Of a DNA stretch of 40,756 bases, positions 1 to 9,140 are shown piece after piece (positions within the stretch are counted from its first letter, which is position 1; each line of letters starts with the position of its first letter). Below the pieces are notes generated by a model. That model worked only from the letters and a program-made list of their open reading frames with translations. It ran no database searches and had not been told where the DNA came from. The stretch lies in contig JBEGOT010000014.1 of the NCBI GenBank assembly GCA_041181865.1, forward strand, positions 1 to 40,756, read 5' to 3'. The DNA comes from Actinomycetota bacterium (lineage in GTDB: Bacteria > Actinomycetota > Actinomycetes > S36-B12 > UBA5976). A program made the translations under genes and the position numbers.

Positions 1-1821
1 ACGCGCATCGATTTCACCGTAAACTGCAACAAGAGGTGCAAGGCCGGGGAATATTGTGCCGTGATCGTTTTCACCAAAGTAGAAGCGTTTTAATACTTGA
101 AGACGATCAGTTTCGCCGCGAGCAATCTGGTCAAGTACTTCTTCAAGGGAAGCAGTGAAGTCATAATCGACCAGTTGAGTAAAGTTTTCTTCCATCAAAC
201 GAACCACGGTGAAAGCTAAGAAGTGCGGAACTAAAGCACTACCCTTTTTCCAGATGTAACCCTGGTCAATAATGCGGCTAATGATTGCGGCATATGTTGA
301 AGGACGACCAATACCTAGTTCTTCTAGTTTTTGAACCAAAGTGGCTTCGGTGTAGCGAGCCGGTGGGTTTGTGTTGTGGCCGCTGGCTTCAAGATTTACA
401 GCAGTTACTGCATCTCCGGCTTTAAGCACTGGCAATCGGCTGGCTTGTTCGTTGCCTTCAGTGTCATCATCGATGTCGTCATACGCTGCAAGGTGGCCAC
501 GGAAAGTAATCACTGTTCCACTTGCAGAAAACTCTGCATCTTTGCCATCTTTACTGATTCCACCAAGACGAATAGTTGCAGTTGTTCCACGAGCATCTGC
601 CATCTGACTAGCAACTGTGCGCTTCCAAATTAAATCGTAAAGTGCGAACTCATCGCCCACTAGTTCACCGGCAACTTCAGCTGGTGTGCGGAATACATCA
701 CCTGCAGGACGAATTGCTTCGTGCGCTTCTTGTGCATTCTTAACTTTTCGATCGTAACGACGTGGCGCTTCAGACACATGGTCTTGTCCGTAAAGCTGTG
801 CTGCTTGTGTACGCGCAGCATTGATTGCAGTTTCAGAAAGTGTTGTGCTATCAGTACGCATATAAGTAATGAAGCCACGTTCATATAAACCCTGGGCAAC
901 ACGCATAGTGCGTTGCGCGCCCCACTTCAATCTTCCTGATGCAGCTTGTTGCAAAGTTGAAGTCATGAATGGTGCTTTAGGTCTGTTGGTGTAACCCTTT
1001 TCATCAACGCGACGAACTTCAAATTTTGTAGCACTTAAATTTTCAGTTAATGACTTTGCATCCGTTTCATTTAAATGAATCACATCATTTTTAGTTGTTA
1101 GCTGAGCAAGTGAATCAAAATCTTTACCGGTTGCAACACGCTTGCCATCTAGTTGGACCAAAGTTGCTGCAAATGGACCTGGTTCAAACACAGCATCGAT
1201 ATCCCAGTAAGAAGCGCTCTTAAAGGCAATACGTTCACGTTCGCGTTCAACGATAATTCTGGTTGAAACTGACTGAACACGGCCTGCTGATAAACCGGCC
1301 TGAACTTTGCGCCACAAAACTGGGGAAACTTCAAAACCATAAAGCCGGTCGATTAGGCGCCTTGCTTCTTGGGCATCAACTAATTGCATGTCCAAATCAC
1401 GGGTTGATTCAACTGCGTGGGCAATTGCTTCTGGGGTGATTTCGTGGAAAACCATTCTTTTGACTGGAACTTTTGGACGCAAAATTTCCATTAGGTGCCA
1501 AGCGATTGCTTCACCTTCGCGGTCTTCGTCAGTTGCCAGTAATAATTCATCAGCATCAGCTAACTTGCGCTTTAATTCTGCGACTTTGTCTTTTTTCTTA
1601 GAACTAACTACGTAATAAGGGGTGAAATCATCTTCCACATCAATGGCCATACGGCCCCATGGTTGTTTTTTGATTTCAGCTGGCACATCAACTGCGCGTT
1701 CAGGTAGATCGCGAACGTGGCCAACAGAAGCTTCAACGTCATAACCTGCACCCAGGTATTTTTGAATTGTTTTGGCTTTCGCCGGTGATTCAACGATCAC
1801 TAACCGGTGTGGAGTAGACAC
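1..1821 (-). CDS. topA: DNA topoisomerase I (type IA), N-terminal 607 codons; the 3' end lies left of the window
   Basis: Absent from the ORF track because no stop codon falls inside the window. My minus-strand translation from GTG at 1821 reads VSTPHRLVIVESPAKAKTIQKYLGAGYDVEASVGHVRDLP...LLATDEDREGEAIAWH, which is the TOPRIM / type IA N-terminus. I checked codon by codon from base 1 to 1260 and found no in-frame stop. The frame at base 1 (...RFYFGENDHGTIFPGLAPLVAVYGEIDAR) matches the frame of the start. Confidence 0.93.
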   Translation of the reverse strand, partial: MSTPHRLVIVESPAKAKTIQKYLGAGYDVEASVGHVRDLPERAVDVPAEIKKQPWGRMAIDVEDDFTPYYVVSSKKKDKVAELKRKLADADELLLATDEDREGEAIAWHLMEILRPKVPVKRMVFHEITPEAIAHAVESTRDLDMQLVDAQEARRLIDRLYGFEVSPVLWRKVQAGLSAGRVQSVSTRIIVERERERIAFKSASYWDIDAVFEPGPFAATLVQLDGKRVATGKDFDSLAQLTTKNDVIHLNETDAKSLTENLSATKFEVRRVDEKGYTNRPKAPFMTSTLQQAASGRLKWGAQRTMRVAQGLYERGFITYMRTDSTTLSETAINAARTQAAQLYGQDHVSEAPRRYDRKVKNAQEAHEAIRPAGDVFRTPAEVAGELVGDEFALYDLIWKRTVASQMADARGTTATIRLGGISKDGKDAEFSASGTVITFRGHLAAYDDIDDDTEGNEQASRLPVLKAGDAVTAVNLEASGHNTNPPARYTEATLVQKLEELGIGRPSTYAAIISRIIDQGYIWKKGSALVPHFLAFTVVRLMEENFTQLVDYDFTASLEEVLDQIARGETDRLQVLKRFYFGENDHGTIFPGLAPLVAVYGEIDAR

Positions 1822-2013
1822 CAATAACCCTTTCGCGACGGCCGGCTCTTATTTTGGTGTATTTATGCCGATACTTTGATCGCGTATAAATACTGTATGT
1901 ATTTCAACCGTCTGATTGTTACTTTGCCTTATTTATAGCCAGCCTTGCAAATAACGGGTTTTATTGAGCGAGTCGAAAATCCACATAAATTATCAAAAAC
2001 CCAATAAACACAA

Positions 2014-2050
2014 AAGAAATCGCCCCGATTAAATAATCGGGACGATTTCT
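2014..2050 (-). terminator. Rho-independent terminator downstream of the pyrophosphatase gene
   Basis: Inverted repeat agaaatcgccccgatt / aatcgggacgatttct with an aaat loop, 13 nt past the minus-strand stop at 2064. A T-rich run follows on the minus strand (cttttgtgtttattgggttttt). Confidence 0.7.
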
Positions 2051-2063
2051 TTTAGGAAGCGAT

Positions 2064-4352
2064 TTACTCTTCCCCAACAGTAATTGCGCGGCGCTTTGAG
2101 TTAATAATCGCGCCAATAATTACTGCAACAGCAAATAGTGAGATGCCCATTCTGATGTTGTCTTTGCCTTCAAGCGCCAAAGTTACAACTGCAGGTGCAA
2201 TAAGCAATGCAACCAAGTTCATAACTTTGATCAGTGGGTTGATCGCAGGACCAGCAGTGTCTTTGAATGGATCACCTACAGTGTCACCGATAACAGTTGC
2301 ACTGTGAGCCTCAGAACCCTTGCCACCAAAATGTCCGTCTTCAACAAACTTCTTAGCGTTATCCCAAGCACCACCTGAGTTAGACAAGAACACTGCCATC
2401 AATGTGCCAGTTGCGATTGTTCCAGCTAGGAATGTGCCAAGCGCACCAATACCTAGGCCGAAACCAACTGCAATTGGAGTTAATACTGCAAGTAGACCTG
2501 GTGTTGCTAATTCGCGAAGTGAATCGCGAGTAACAATGTCAACAACTTTGCCGTATTCAGGAAGTTCAGTTCCCTTCATGATTCCTGGGTGTACGCGGAA
2601 TTGGCGACGCACTTCGAAAATCACCGCGCCAGCAGCGCGTGAAACAGCATTGATCGCAAGACCACTAAACATGAATACAACTGATGCACCGATTAGCAAA
2701 CCAACAAGGTTCTTTGGATTTGCTGCATCCAATACACCTGCATATTCAAGTGCAGTTGTACCTGCACCCTTGGCCGCATTTGTTACTGCATCGCGGAATG
2801 AACCGAACAACGCAGTTGCAGCCAATACTGCAGTTGCAATTGCAATACCTTTGGTGATCGCCTTCGTGGTGTTACCAACAGCGTCAAGGCTGGTTAGAAC
2901 CTTGGCACCTTCGCCATGAACGTCACCTGACATTTCAGCAATACCTTGAGCGTTATCTGAAACCGGTCCGAAGGTGTCCATAGAAACAATGACACCTACT
3001 GTTGTTAATAGACCGGTACCAGCAAGAGCAATTGCAAAAAGCCCAAGTATTACTGAACCGCCACCAAGCATGTATGCGGCAAAAACGCTCGCACCAATTA
3101 GTAGCGCTGAGTAAACAGCTGATTCAAGACCTAATGAGATACCAGAAAGGATTACGGTTGCTGGTCCAGTTAGTGATGACTTTGAAACGTCATCTACTGG
3201 TTTGCGATTTGTTTCAGTGAAATAACCAGTTAATTGCTGGATTGCAGCTGCCAAAACGATACCAATTAATACTGAAGCAATTGCTAGGAATCGTGGATTA
3301 ACAGTAGTTCCTGCGGCTAAACCAAATGTTGGATCAGCAACGCTCTTTAATTCACCAAGTGTTGCTGGCAAGAATTTGTAAGAAGCTGCAGTTACAAGTA
3401 CTGCTGAAATCACAGCTGACAAGAAGAAGCCACGGTTGATAGCGCTCATGCCTGAACGATCAGTGTCGCGCGGAGCAACAGCAAAAATACCAATCACTGC
3501 AGTTAATACACCGATGGCTGGAACGACTAGTGGGAACACTAAGCCAATCTCACCAAAGGCTGCTTTACCAAGAATTAGTGCAGCAACCAAAGTAACGGCA
3601 TATGACTCAAATAAGTCAGCAGCCATACCAGCACAGTCACCAACGTTGTCACCAACGTTGTCAGCAATTGTTGCTGCGTTACGTGGATCATCTTCTGGAA
3701 TACCTTGTTCAACTTTGCCAACTAGGTCAGCGCCGACGTCAGCAGCTTTGGTGAAGATACCGCCACCAACGCGCATAAACATCGCAAGTAATGCCGCGCC
3801 AAAGCCAAAACCTTCAAGAACTTTTGGAGCTTCGCCTTTGTAGACAAGAACTACAACTGCTGCACCGAAAAGACCAAGGCCAACGGTGAACATACCTGCA
3901 ACGCCGCCAGTGCGGAAAGCAATACGCATTGCTTGCTTTTCACCGCTGGTATTTGCAGCATGTGCCACACGCACGTTACCGCGAACAGCAAGCCACATAC
4001 CCATGTAGCCGGTTGTTGCAGAGAACACTGCACCAACTAAGAAAAAGATCGAGCGACCAATCTTTTCTGTATTGGAATCCGCTGGTAATAAAAACAGCAA
4101 GAAGAAAACTAATACTGCAAAAACACCAAGTGTGCGGAACTGCCGACTTAGATAAGCAGCTGCACCTTCTTGAACGGCAGCAGCAATTTTTTTCATATTG
4201 TCAGTGCCTTCGTCAGCTGCCAAAACTTCCTTAACTAAGAAAGCAGCAACACCTAGTGCAGCAAGTGCAACTAGGGCGACGATTAGAACGGTGTTGTAAT
4301 TGGAACCAGCCAGGGCGACTTCCTGGGTGGCGACATGTGCGAACGCAAACAT
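2064..4352 (-). CDS. hppA: Membrane-bound H+-translocating pyrophosphatase, K+-independent type
   Basis: 762-aa polytopic ORF carrying hallmark M-PPase motifs: GGGIFTKAADVGADLVGK, DNVGDNVGDCAGMAADLFESY and GNTTKAITKG. GAGGAG Shine-Dalgarno upstream of the ATG. Confidence 0.95.
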   Translation of the reverse strand: MFAFAHVATQEVALAGSNYNTVLIVALVALAALGVAAFLVKEVLAADEGTDNMKKIAAAVQEGAAAYLSRQFRTLGVFAVLVFFLLFLLPADSNTEKIGRSIFFLVGAVFSATTGYMGMWLAVRGNVRVAHAANTSGEKQAMRIAFRTGGVAGMFTVGLGLFGAAVVVLVYKGEAPKVLEGFGFGAALLAMFMRVGGGIFTKAADVGADLVGKVEQGIPEDDPRNAATIADNVGDNVGDCAGMAADLFESYAVTLVAALILGKAAFGEIGLVFPLVVPAIGVLTAVIGIFAVAPRDTDRSGMSAINRGFFLSAVISAVLVTAASYKFLPATLGELKSVADPTFGLAAGTTVNPRFLAIASVLIGIVLAAAIQQLTGYFTETNRKPVDDVSKSSLTGPATVILSGISLGLESAVYSALLIGASVFAAYMLGGGSVILGLFAIALAGTGLLTTVGVIVSMDTFGPVSDNAQGIAEMSGDVHGEGAKVLTSLDAVGNTTKAITKGIAIATAVLAATALFGSFRDAVTNAAKGAGTTALEYAGVLDAANPKNLVGLLIGASVVFMFSGLAINAVSRAAGAVIFEVRRQFRVHPGIMKGTELPEYGKVVDIVTRDSLRELATPGLLAVLTPIAVGFGLGIGALGTFLAGTIATGTLMAVFLSNSGGAWDNAKKFVEDGHFGGKGSEAHSATVIGDTVGDPFKDTAGPAINPLIKVMNLVALLIAPAVVTLALEGKDNIRMGISLFAVAVIIGAIINSKRRAITVGEE

Positions 4353-4420
4353 GAGACTCCTCGTTGAGTTATGAAAAAAATCCTACGAGATATGTGTTCT
4401 AAATAAGGTCTTAACCCCGA

Positions 4421-5782
4421 TTAATTAGCGCCTAGTTCAGCAAAAAGTGTTGCTGCTGCTGCTTTATCCCAAAGAACTGATGAGCCTGCTGCGGTCATTG
4501 CCCCAGAATCTGCAATTGGAACGGTTGCGATCGTCCCCTTGCCTGATGCGATTCCCTTCATTGCAAGGCCAAGCCTGACTACATCTTTAACGCTGTCGCC
4601 TTTACCAAGGATCAATGAATCAGTTCCAGCTGATGAAACTCGATACATCGCTATTGGATTTAAAATTGTTGTGACTCGGGCAACTTTTTTCATGACTGCA
4701 CCTAAATATTGTTGCTGGCGCTCGATGCGACCAAAGTCGCTCTTTGGATCGGCGTAACGCATGCGAACATACGCCAATGCAACAACACCATCCATTTCTT
4801 GACAACCAGCTTTTACGTGCAAGTTAGATTTCTCGTCGTCATAATCTTGCGGCACACAAATGTCCACACCGCCGATTGCATCGGTTAAATCGCGAACGCC
4901 CTTGAAGCCAATTTCCATGTAGTGATCAATACTTAGTCCTGTATTCATCTCAACAGTTTCAACAAGCAGTGGTGCGCCGCCAACCTGGTAAGCGGCATTA
5001 ATTTTGTTCTTGGTGATGTCCAGTTGTGTTCCATCCGAGCTGACATGAGGTGGAATTGAAACATAGGAATCGCGTGGCAAACTAACCAGAGTCACACCGT
5101 CTTTACCGATGTGCACGATCATTATGGTGTCAGTTCGCTGCGCACCTTCATCTTGGCCAGTATGTAGTTGTTGTTCCTCTTCAGGTGTTAAACCTTCACG
5201 GCTATCTGAACCAATCAACAACCAGTTTGTACCAGCAGTATTTTCAACTTGGTATGCAGGTGTGGCATCAATTTTGTTCAAGCCAAGACTTGTTTTAAAT
5301 CCAAGAAATATAAAAAAGACAATATAGAAAATTAAAATGCGCTTTGCATAAAAAGTAACTTTGCCAAACCCGCTTGTGGAGTTTTGATTTTTCCCAACAA
5401 AAAACTTTTTAAAAGTTTCAAGCTTTTTAAATTTAGACCAATCGATTTTGGCTAGATCGCTCCTAATTAATTCAACATTTAACTTAGGTTTCTTAAGCTT
5501 TGGCTTGGGTGGCTGCGATCCTGGCATAGGTGGTCGCTGAATTACCGGCGACTGAGCGCTTGGATAGCGCGGCGCAATTGGTGGAACTATTTCAGGTTCA
5601 ACCCGCGGTGCATAAATTGGAACCGGAGTAATGCGTGGTGCAACTTCAGGTTCGATTGATGAACTATTAAAAGACTGTTGCTCTATTGGCGGAGTAAAAA
5701 TTTGTTCTTTGACTTCTGGTTTGGATTCATCGGTGCCATAAATACGACCATTAACGTCGCGGCGATAAATAGAGGAATCCAC
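4421..5782 (-). CDS. LCP (LytR-CpsA-Psr) family cell-envelope glycopolymer transferase with a proline-rich N-terminal extension
   Basis: 453 aa with a GTG start. The order is a Pro-rich N-terminus, one TM helix (ILIFYIVFFIFLGF), then an LCP core: LLIGSDSR, RTDTIMIVH, LVSLPRDSYV, INAAY, DHYMEIGFKGVRDLTDAIGGVDI. Confidence 0.85.
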   Translation of the reverse strand: MDSSIYRRDVNGRIYGTDESKPEVKEQIFTPPIEQQSFNSSSIEPEVAPRITPVPIYAPRVEPEIVPPIAPRYPSAQSPVIQRPPMPGSQPPKPKLKKPKLNVELIRSDLAKIDWSKFKKLETFKKFFVGKNQNSTSGFGKVTFYAKRILIFYIVFFIFLGFKTSLGLNKIDATPAYQVENTAGTNWLLIGSDSREGLTPEEEQQLHTGQDEGAQRTDTIMIVHIGKDGVTLVSLPRDSYVSIPPHVSSDGTQLDITKNKINAAYQVGGAPLLVETVEMNTGLSIDHYMEIGFKGVRDLTDAIGGVDICVPQDYDDEKSNLHVKAGCQEMDGVVALAYVRMRYADPKSDFGRIERQQQYLGAVMKKVARVTTILNPIAMYRVSSAGTDSLILGKGDSVKDVVRLGLAMKGIASGKGTIATVPIADSGAMTAAGSSVLWDKAAAATLFAELGAN

Positions 5783-5895
5783 CTAGTTATTCTGACTGAG
5801 ATTTATCTGAACTAAGTGCATTGACGGTTATTCGGATGATTTTGTCTTTAGCGAATTGGGTTACTTAGGCGATAGCCCGTAATCTTAGAAGTCCT

Positions 5896-6822
5896 ATGAC
5901 TACTAAATACGCATACCTTGGACCAGTTGGCACCTTCACTGAAGCTGCCCTGATTGAGTTAACAAAAGGCCATGAGGTTTTGCGTATTCCAGCAAATACG
6001 GTTCAAAGCGCACTTGCCCAAGTACGAACTGGTGAAGTTGCCGGTGCCCTTGTGCCAATTGAAAACAGTGTTGAAGGTTCGGTATCTGGAACTGTTGACG
6101 AATTAAGTCACGGTGAACTTTTACAAATTGTTGATGAAGTTGCGATTCCAGTTGAATTCGCCCTACTAGTAAGACCAGGCACAAAATTAACTGATATTAA
6201 AAAAGTGGCCACTCACCCACATGCCCAAGCCCAATGCCGTGAGTGGTTAGCCAAAAATTTGCCGAATGCTCATGTGCTACCTGCAATGTCAACTGCTGCA
6301 GCTGCTGCTGAACTAACCGAAGATGCACCATACGAAGCCGCAATTGCATCACTTAGTGCAGCTCCGCACTATGGCTTAGTTTCACTTGCTGAAGGTATCG
6401 GCGATAAAGACGCAGCTTGGACCAGATTCGTTCTCGTTAAAAAACCTGGGCACTTAAATCCAGCAACCGGTAATGACAAAACGACTTTGGCCTTATTTAT
6501 TAAAGCTGACCGCCCTGGTGCACTACTTGAAATTCTTACTGAATTTGCTGCAAACAATGTGAACTTGTCTCGCCTTGAATCAAGGCCAACTAAAAAACAA
6601 CTTGGCGATTACTTTTTCTCGATCGATGCCGAAGGTCACATCGATGATGAAAATGTTGGCAATGCACTAAAGGCATTACATAAAACTTGTTCAGACGTTA
6701 AGTTCTTGGGTTCTTACCCTCGTCACGCTCAGCACATCGCTGTTGTTGATGCAACAATTTCAAAAGATGTTGAAGTTGACCCAGAAGTTTGGCTAGACAA
6801 TTTGCGCAAACGCAGCAATTAA
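5896..6822 (+). CDS. pheA: Prephenate dehydratase
   Basis: 308 aa. N-terminal YLGPVGTFTEAA (PDT domain) and a C-terminal ACT region with the LSRLESRPT motif. Confidence 0.9.
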   Translation: MTTKYAYLGPVGTFTEAALIELTKGHEVLRIPANTVQSALAQVRTGEVAGALVPIENSVEGSVSGTVDELSHGELLQIVDEVAIPVEFALLVRPGTKLTDIKKVATHPHAQAQCREWLAKNLPNAHVLPAMSTAAAAAELTEDAPYEAAIASLSAAPHYGLVSLAEGIGDKDAAWTRFVLVKKPGHLNPATGNDKTTLALFIKADRPGALLEILTEFAANNVNLSRLESRPTKKQLGDYFFSIDAEGHIDDENVGNALKALHKTCSDVKFLGSYPRHAQHIAVVDATISKDVEVDPEVWLDNLRKRSN

Positions 6823-7646
6823 TTATTTAAAACGTAATCGACCAAATACGCGAAGGCATGATCGTCATTTGTTGGCAAATGGATATCGGCAGCTTCTTTA
6901 ACCCAGTCGTGAGCATTTGCCACTGCGCCGCCAATTCCAGCCCACTTAATCATTGGAATGTCATTTGGCATATCACCCATTGCGGCAACTTCACTTGCTG
7001 AAATCCCGCGGCTTTGCGCAACGCGCTCTAGCCCAGTGCCTTTATTTGTACCAAGCAAACTCATTTCGATTAACACATCTAAATTATCTGAGTGAGTGAC
7101 ATCAACAATTCCATCAAGAGCTGCATCGCAAGCATGTAAGAAAGAATCTGCATCATGAAGTGCGTCACTGCTTGGTCTTGCCAAAAACTTAACCACCAAA
7201 TCGGTTTCAAACATTTCTTCAACGCTAACTTTGCGCGGTGGAACCTTTGGTTCCCAGCGAGGTCGGTAATTTAAATCAACTAAGAATTCATCAGAATGGC
7301 GAGCCAACTCAACTGCAAAAGTGATTCCTGGATCAACACTTTGAAGTCTTTGAGCAGCTAATAAACCAATCTCACCACTCATGATTTGGGCATCAACGAT
7401 TTCTTTGGTGCCAAGGTCATAAAGAACCGCCCCATTGGCGCAAAGCACCTGGCCATGGTGACCGGTCATCGCCGCGATGTTGTCCATCCAGCGGGTAGGC
7501 CGACCGGTTACAAAAATCAGGTCCAAGCCCTCAGCCGTGACCTTATTAATAGCGTTTAGATTCTCTTGAGAAACAACCCCAGAACTAGTCAGCAAAGAGC
7601 CATCTAAATCACTGGCAATAAAACGGGTCACCGTTAATTCTCTCAC
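6819..7646 (-). CDS. Cof-type HAD-IIB family hydrolase (sugar/phosphoester phosphatase-like)
   Basis: 275 aa. HAD motif I is SDLDGSLL, followed by VTGRP and C-terminal GDMPNDIPM. The start could be GTG at 7646 or the in-frame GTG at 7631. Confidence 0.8.
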   Translation of the reverse strand: MRELTVTRFIASDLDGSLLTSSGVVSQENLNAINKVTAEGLDLIFVTGRPTRWMDNIAAMTGHHGQVLCANGAVLYDLGTKEIVDAQIMSGEIGLLAAQRLQSVDPGITFAVELARHSDEFLVDLNYRPRWEPKVPPRKVSVEEMFETDLVVKFLARPSSDALHDADSFLHACDAALDGIVDVTHSDNLDVLIEMSLLGTNKGTGLERVAQSRGISASEVAAMGDMPNDIPMIKWAGIGGAVANAHDWVKEAADIHLPTNDDHAFAYLVDYVLNN

Positions 7647-7710
7647 TTATCAAGCAGGCAAAAACTCGCTAGAGTTTGCAGAACTAGAACCACTACTTTA
7701 AAGGAGCAGC

Positions 7711-9087
7711 ATGGCCAGCATCAGCAACGATGTGCGTACACATAAATACACGCTGACTGAAGACGAGATGCCAACACAGTGGTACAACATCGTCCCAGAT
7801 TTACCAGCGCCACCTCCGCCAGCACTTCACCCAGGAACTTTGCAACCAGCTGGTCCAGAAGACTTTGCACCACTGTTCCCAATGGAACTAATCATGCAAG
7901 AAGTCAGTCAGGAACGTTACATCGATATTCCTGGTGGGGTCCTAGATGTCTACCGACAATGGAGACCATCTCCACTTTTCCGTGCGCATCGTTTAGAAGA
8001 AGCACTTGGCACAACTGCAAAGATTTTTTACAAGTATGAAGGTGTTTCACCTGCTGGTTCACACAAACCAAATACTGCAGTGCCGCAGGCGTACTACAAC
8101 GCAATGGATGGCATCAAAAAACTTTCAACTGAAACTGGTGCTGGCCAATGGGGTACCGCACTTTCATTTGCATGTGCGCTTTACGGTCTTGAGTGTGAGG
8201 TTTTCCAAGTTGGCGCGTCATATGACAAGAAGCCATACCGTCGCTTGATGATCGAAGCATTCGGTGGAACTGTTCATCGTTCACCTTCGAACTTAACTGA
8301 TGCTGGTCGTGCTCTTGGCGCAGATCCAAAGAATCAAAGCGGTTCACTTGGGATTGCAATTTCGGAAGCTGTTGAAGTTGCAGTTAAAGATCCAGAAACT
8401 CGATATGCACTTGGTTCAGTACTTAACCATGTACTAATGCACCAAACAATCATTGGTGAAGAAGCATTACTTCAACTGGCAAAAGCTGGTGAAACACCTG
8501 ACTTAATCGTTGGTTGTACTGGTGGTGGTTCAAACTTTGGTGGTTTAGCTTTCCCATTCCTTCGCGAAAAGATGGCTGGAAAAATGAATCCGCGCATCTT
8601 GGCCGTTGAACCAGCATCATGTCCATCACTTACTCGTGGTGTTTATGCATACGACTTTGGTGATACCGCAGGTATGACACCACTTATGAAGATGCACACA
8701 CTTGGTAAGGACTTCATTCCAGATCCAATCCATGCTGGTGGCTTGCGCTACCACGGTATGGCTCCACTTATTTCACACATCTACGAACTTGGCTTGATGG
8801 ATGCAATCGCAGTTCCACAAACTGAATGTTTCGAAGCTGCTGTGTTATTTGCCCGCACCGAAGGTATCGTTCCAGCACCTGAACCAACTCACGCGATTGC
8901 AATGGCTATCCGTGAAGCAAAGAAGGCTAAGGAAACTGGCGAATCACCAGTTATCGTGACTGCTCTTTGTGGCCATGGGCATTTTGACCTTGCAGCCTAC
9001 GACGAATTCTTAAGTGGAAACATGAAAGATGAAGTTGTATCTGATGAGCGTTTTGCTGCAGGTCTTGCTAACTTGCCGCAGGTTTAA
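7711..9087 (+). CDS. TrpB-like PLP-dependent enzyme (tryptophan synthase beta chain 2 family, TrpB2)
   Basis: 458 aa, longer than canonical TrpB. N-terminal extension with YNIVPDLP, PLP-lysine context AGSHKPNTA, and GCTGGGSNFGG. AAAGGAG Shine-Dalgarno. No trpA nearby. Confidence 0.88.
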   Translation: MASISNDVRTHKYTLTEDEMPTQWYNIVPDLPAPPPPALHPGTLQPAGPEDFAPLFPMELIMQEVSQERYIDIPGGVLDVYRQWRPSPLFRAHRLEEALGTTAKIFYKYEGVSPAGSHKPNTAVPQAYYNAMDGIKKLSTETGAGQWGTALSFACALYGLECEVFQVGASYDKKPYRRLMIEAFGGTVHRSPSNLTDAGRALGADPKNQSGSLGIAISEAVEVAVKDPETRYALGSVLNHVLMHQTIIGEEALLQLAKAGETPDLIVGCTGGGSNFGGLAFPFLREKMAGKMNPRILAVEPASCPSLTRGVYAYDFGDTAGMTPLMKMHTLGKDFIPDPIHAGGLRYHGMAPLISHIYELGLMDAIAVPQTECFEAAVLFARTEGIVPAPEPTHAIAMAIREAKKAKETGESPVIVTALCGHGHFDLAAYDEFLSGNMKDEVVSDERFAAGLANLPQV

Positions 9088-9100
9088 CTACACAAATAAT

Positions 9101-9132
9101 AAAAGTGCCCTCTGGATTAAGAGGGCACTTTT
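9101..9132. terminator. Bidirectional intrinsic terminator between convergent trpB2-like and serS genes
   Basis: Perfect 13-bp stem aaaagtgccctct / agagggcactttt with a ggatta loop. A/T runs flank it on both sides. Confidence 0.8.
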
Positions 9133-9140
9133 ATTTTTAC

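Noticed and set aside
331-1793. The absence of a long ORF in the track over 1-1821, with only short scattered ORFs (331-633, 660-902, 1149-1340, 1388-1615, 1608-1793), initially suggested a pseudogene or non-coding region.
   Set aside because: Manual translation shows one uninterrupted minus-strand frame from 1821 to base 1 encoding topoisomerase I. The track simply omits ORFs whose stop codon is outside the window. The short ORFs are off-frame artefacts.
2320-2919. A 199-aa ORF on the + strand. Similar long antisense ORFs occur at 3436-3843, 11336-11653, 15303-15656, 18325-18915, 19125-19493, 22938-23348, 25590-25985 and 30639-31004.
   Set aside because: Each lies entirely inside, and antisense to, a gene whose product has unmistakable family motifs (H+-PPase, ABC ATPase, DeoA, DeoC, PstP and others). 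Their translations are low-complexity Pro/Ser/Ala/Arg/Thr-rich strings with no motifs. This is what is expected from stop-codon depletion on the strand opposite real genes.
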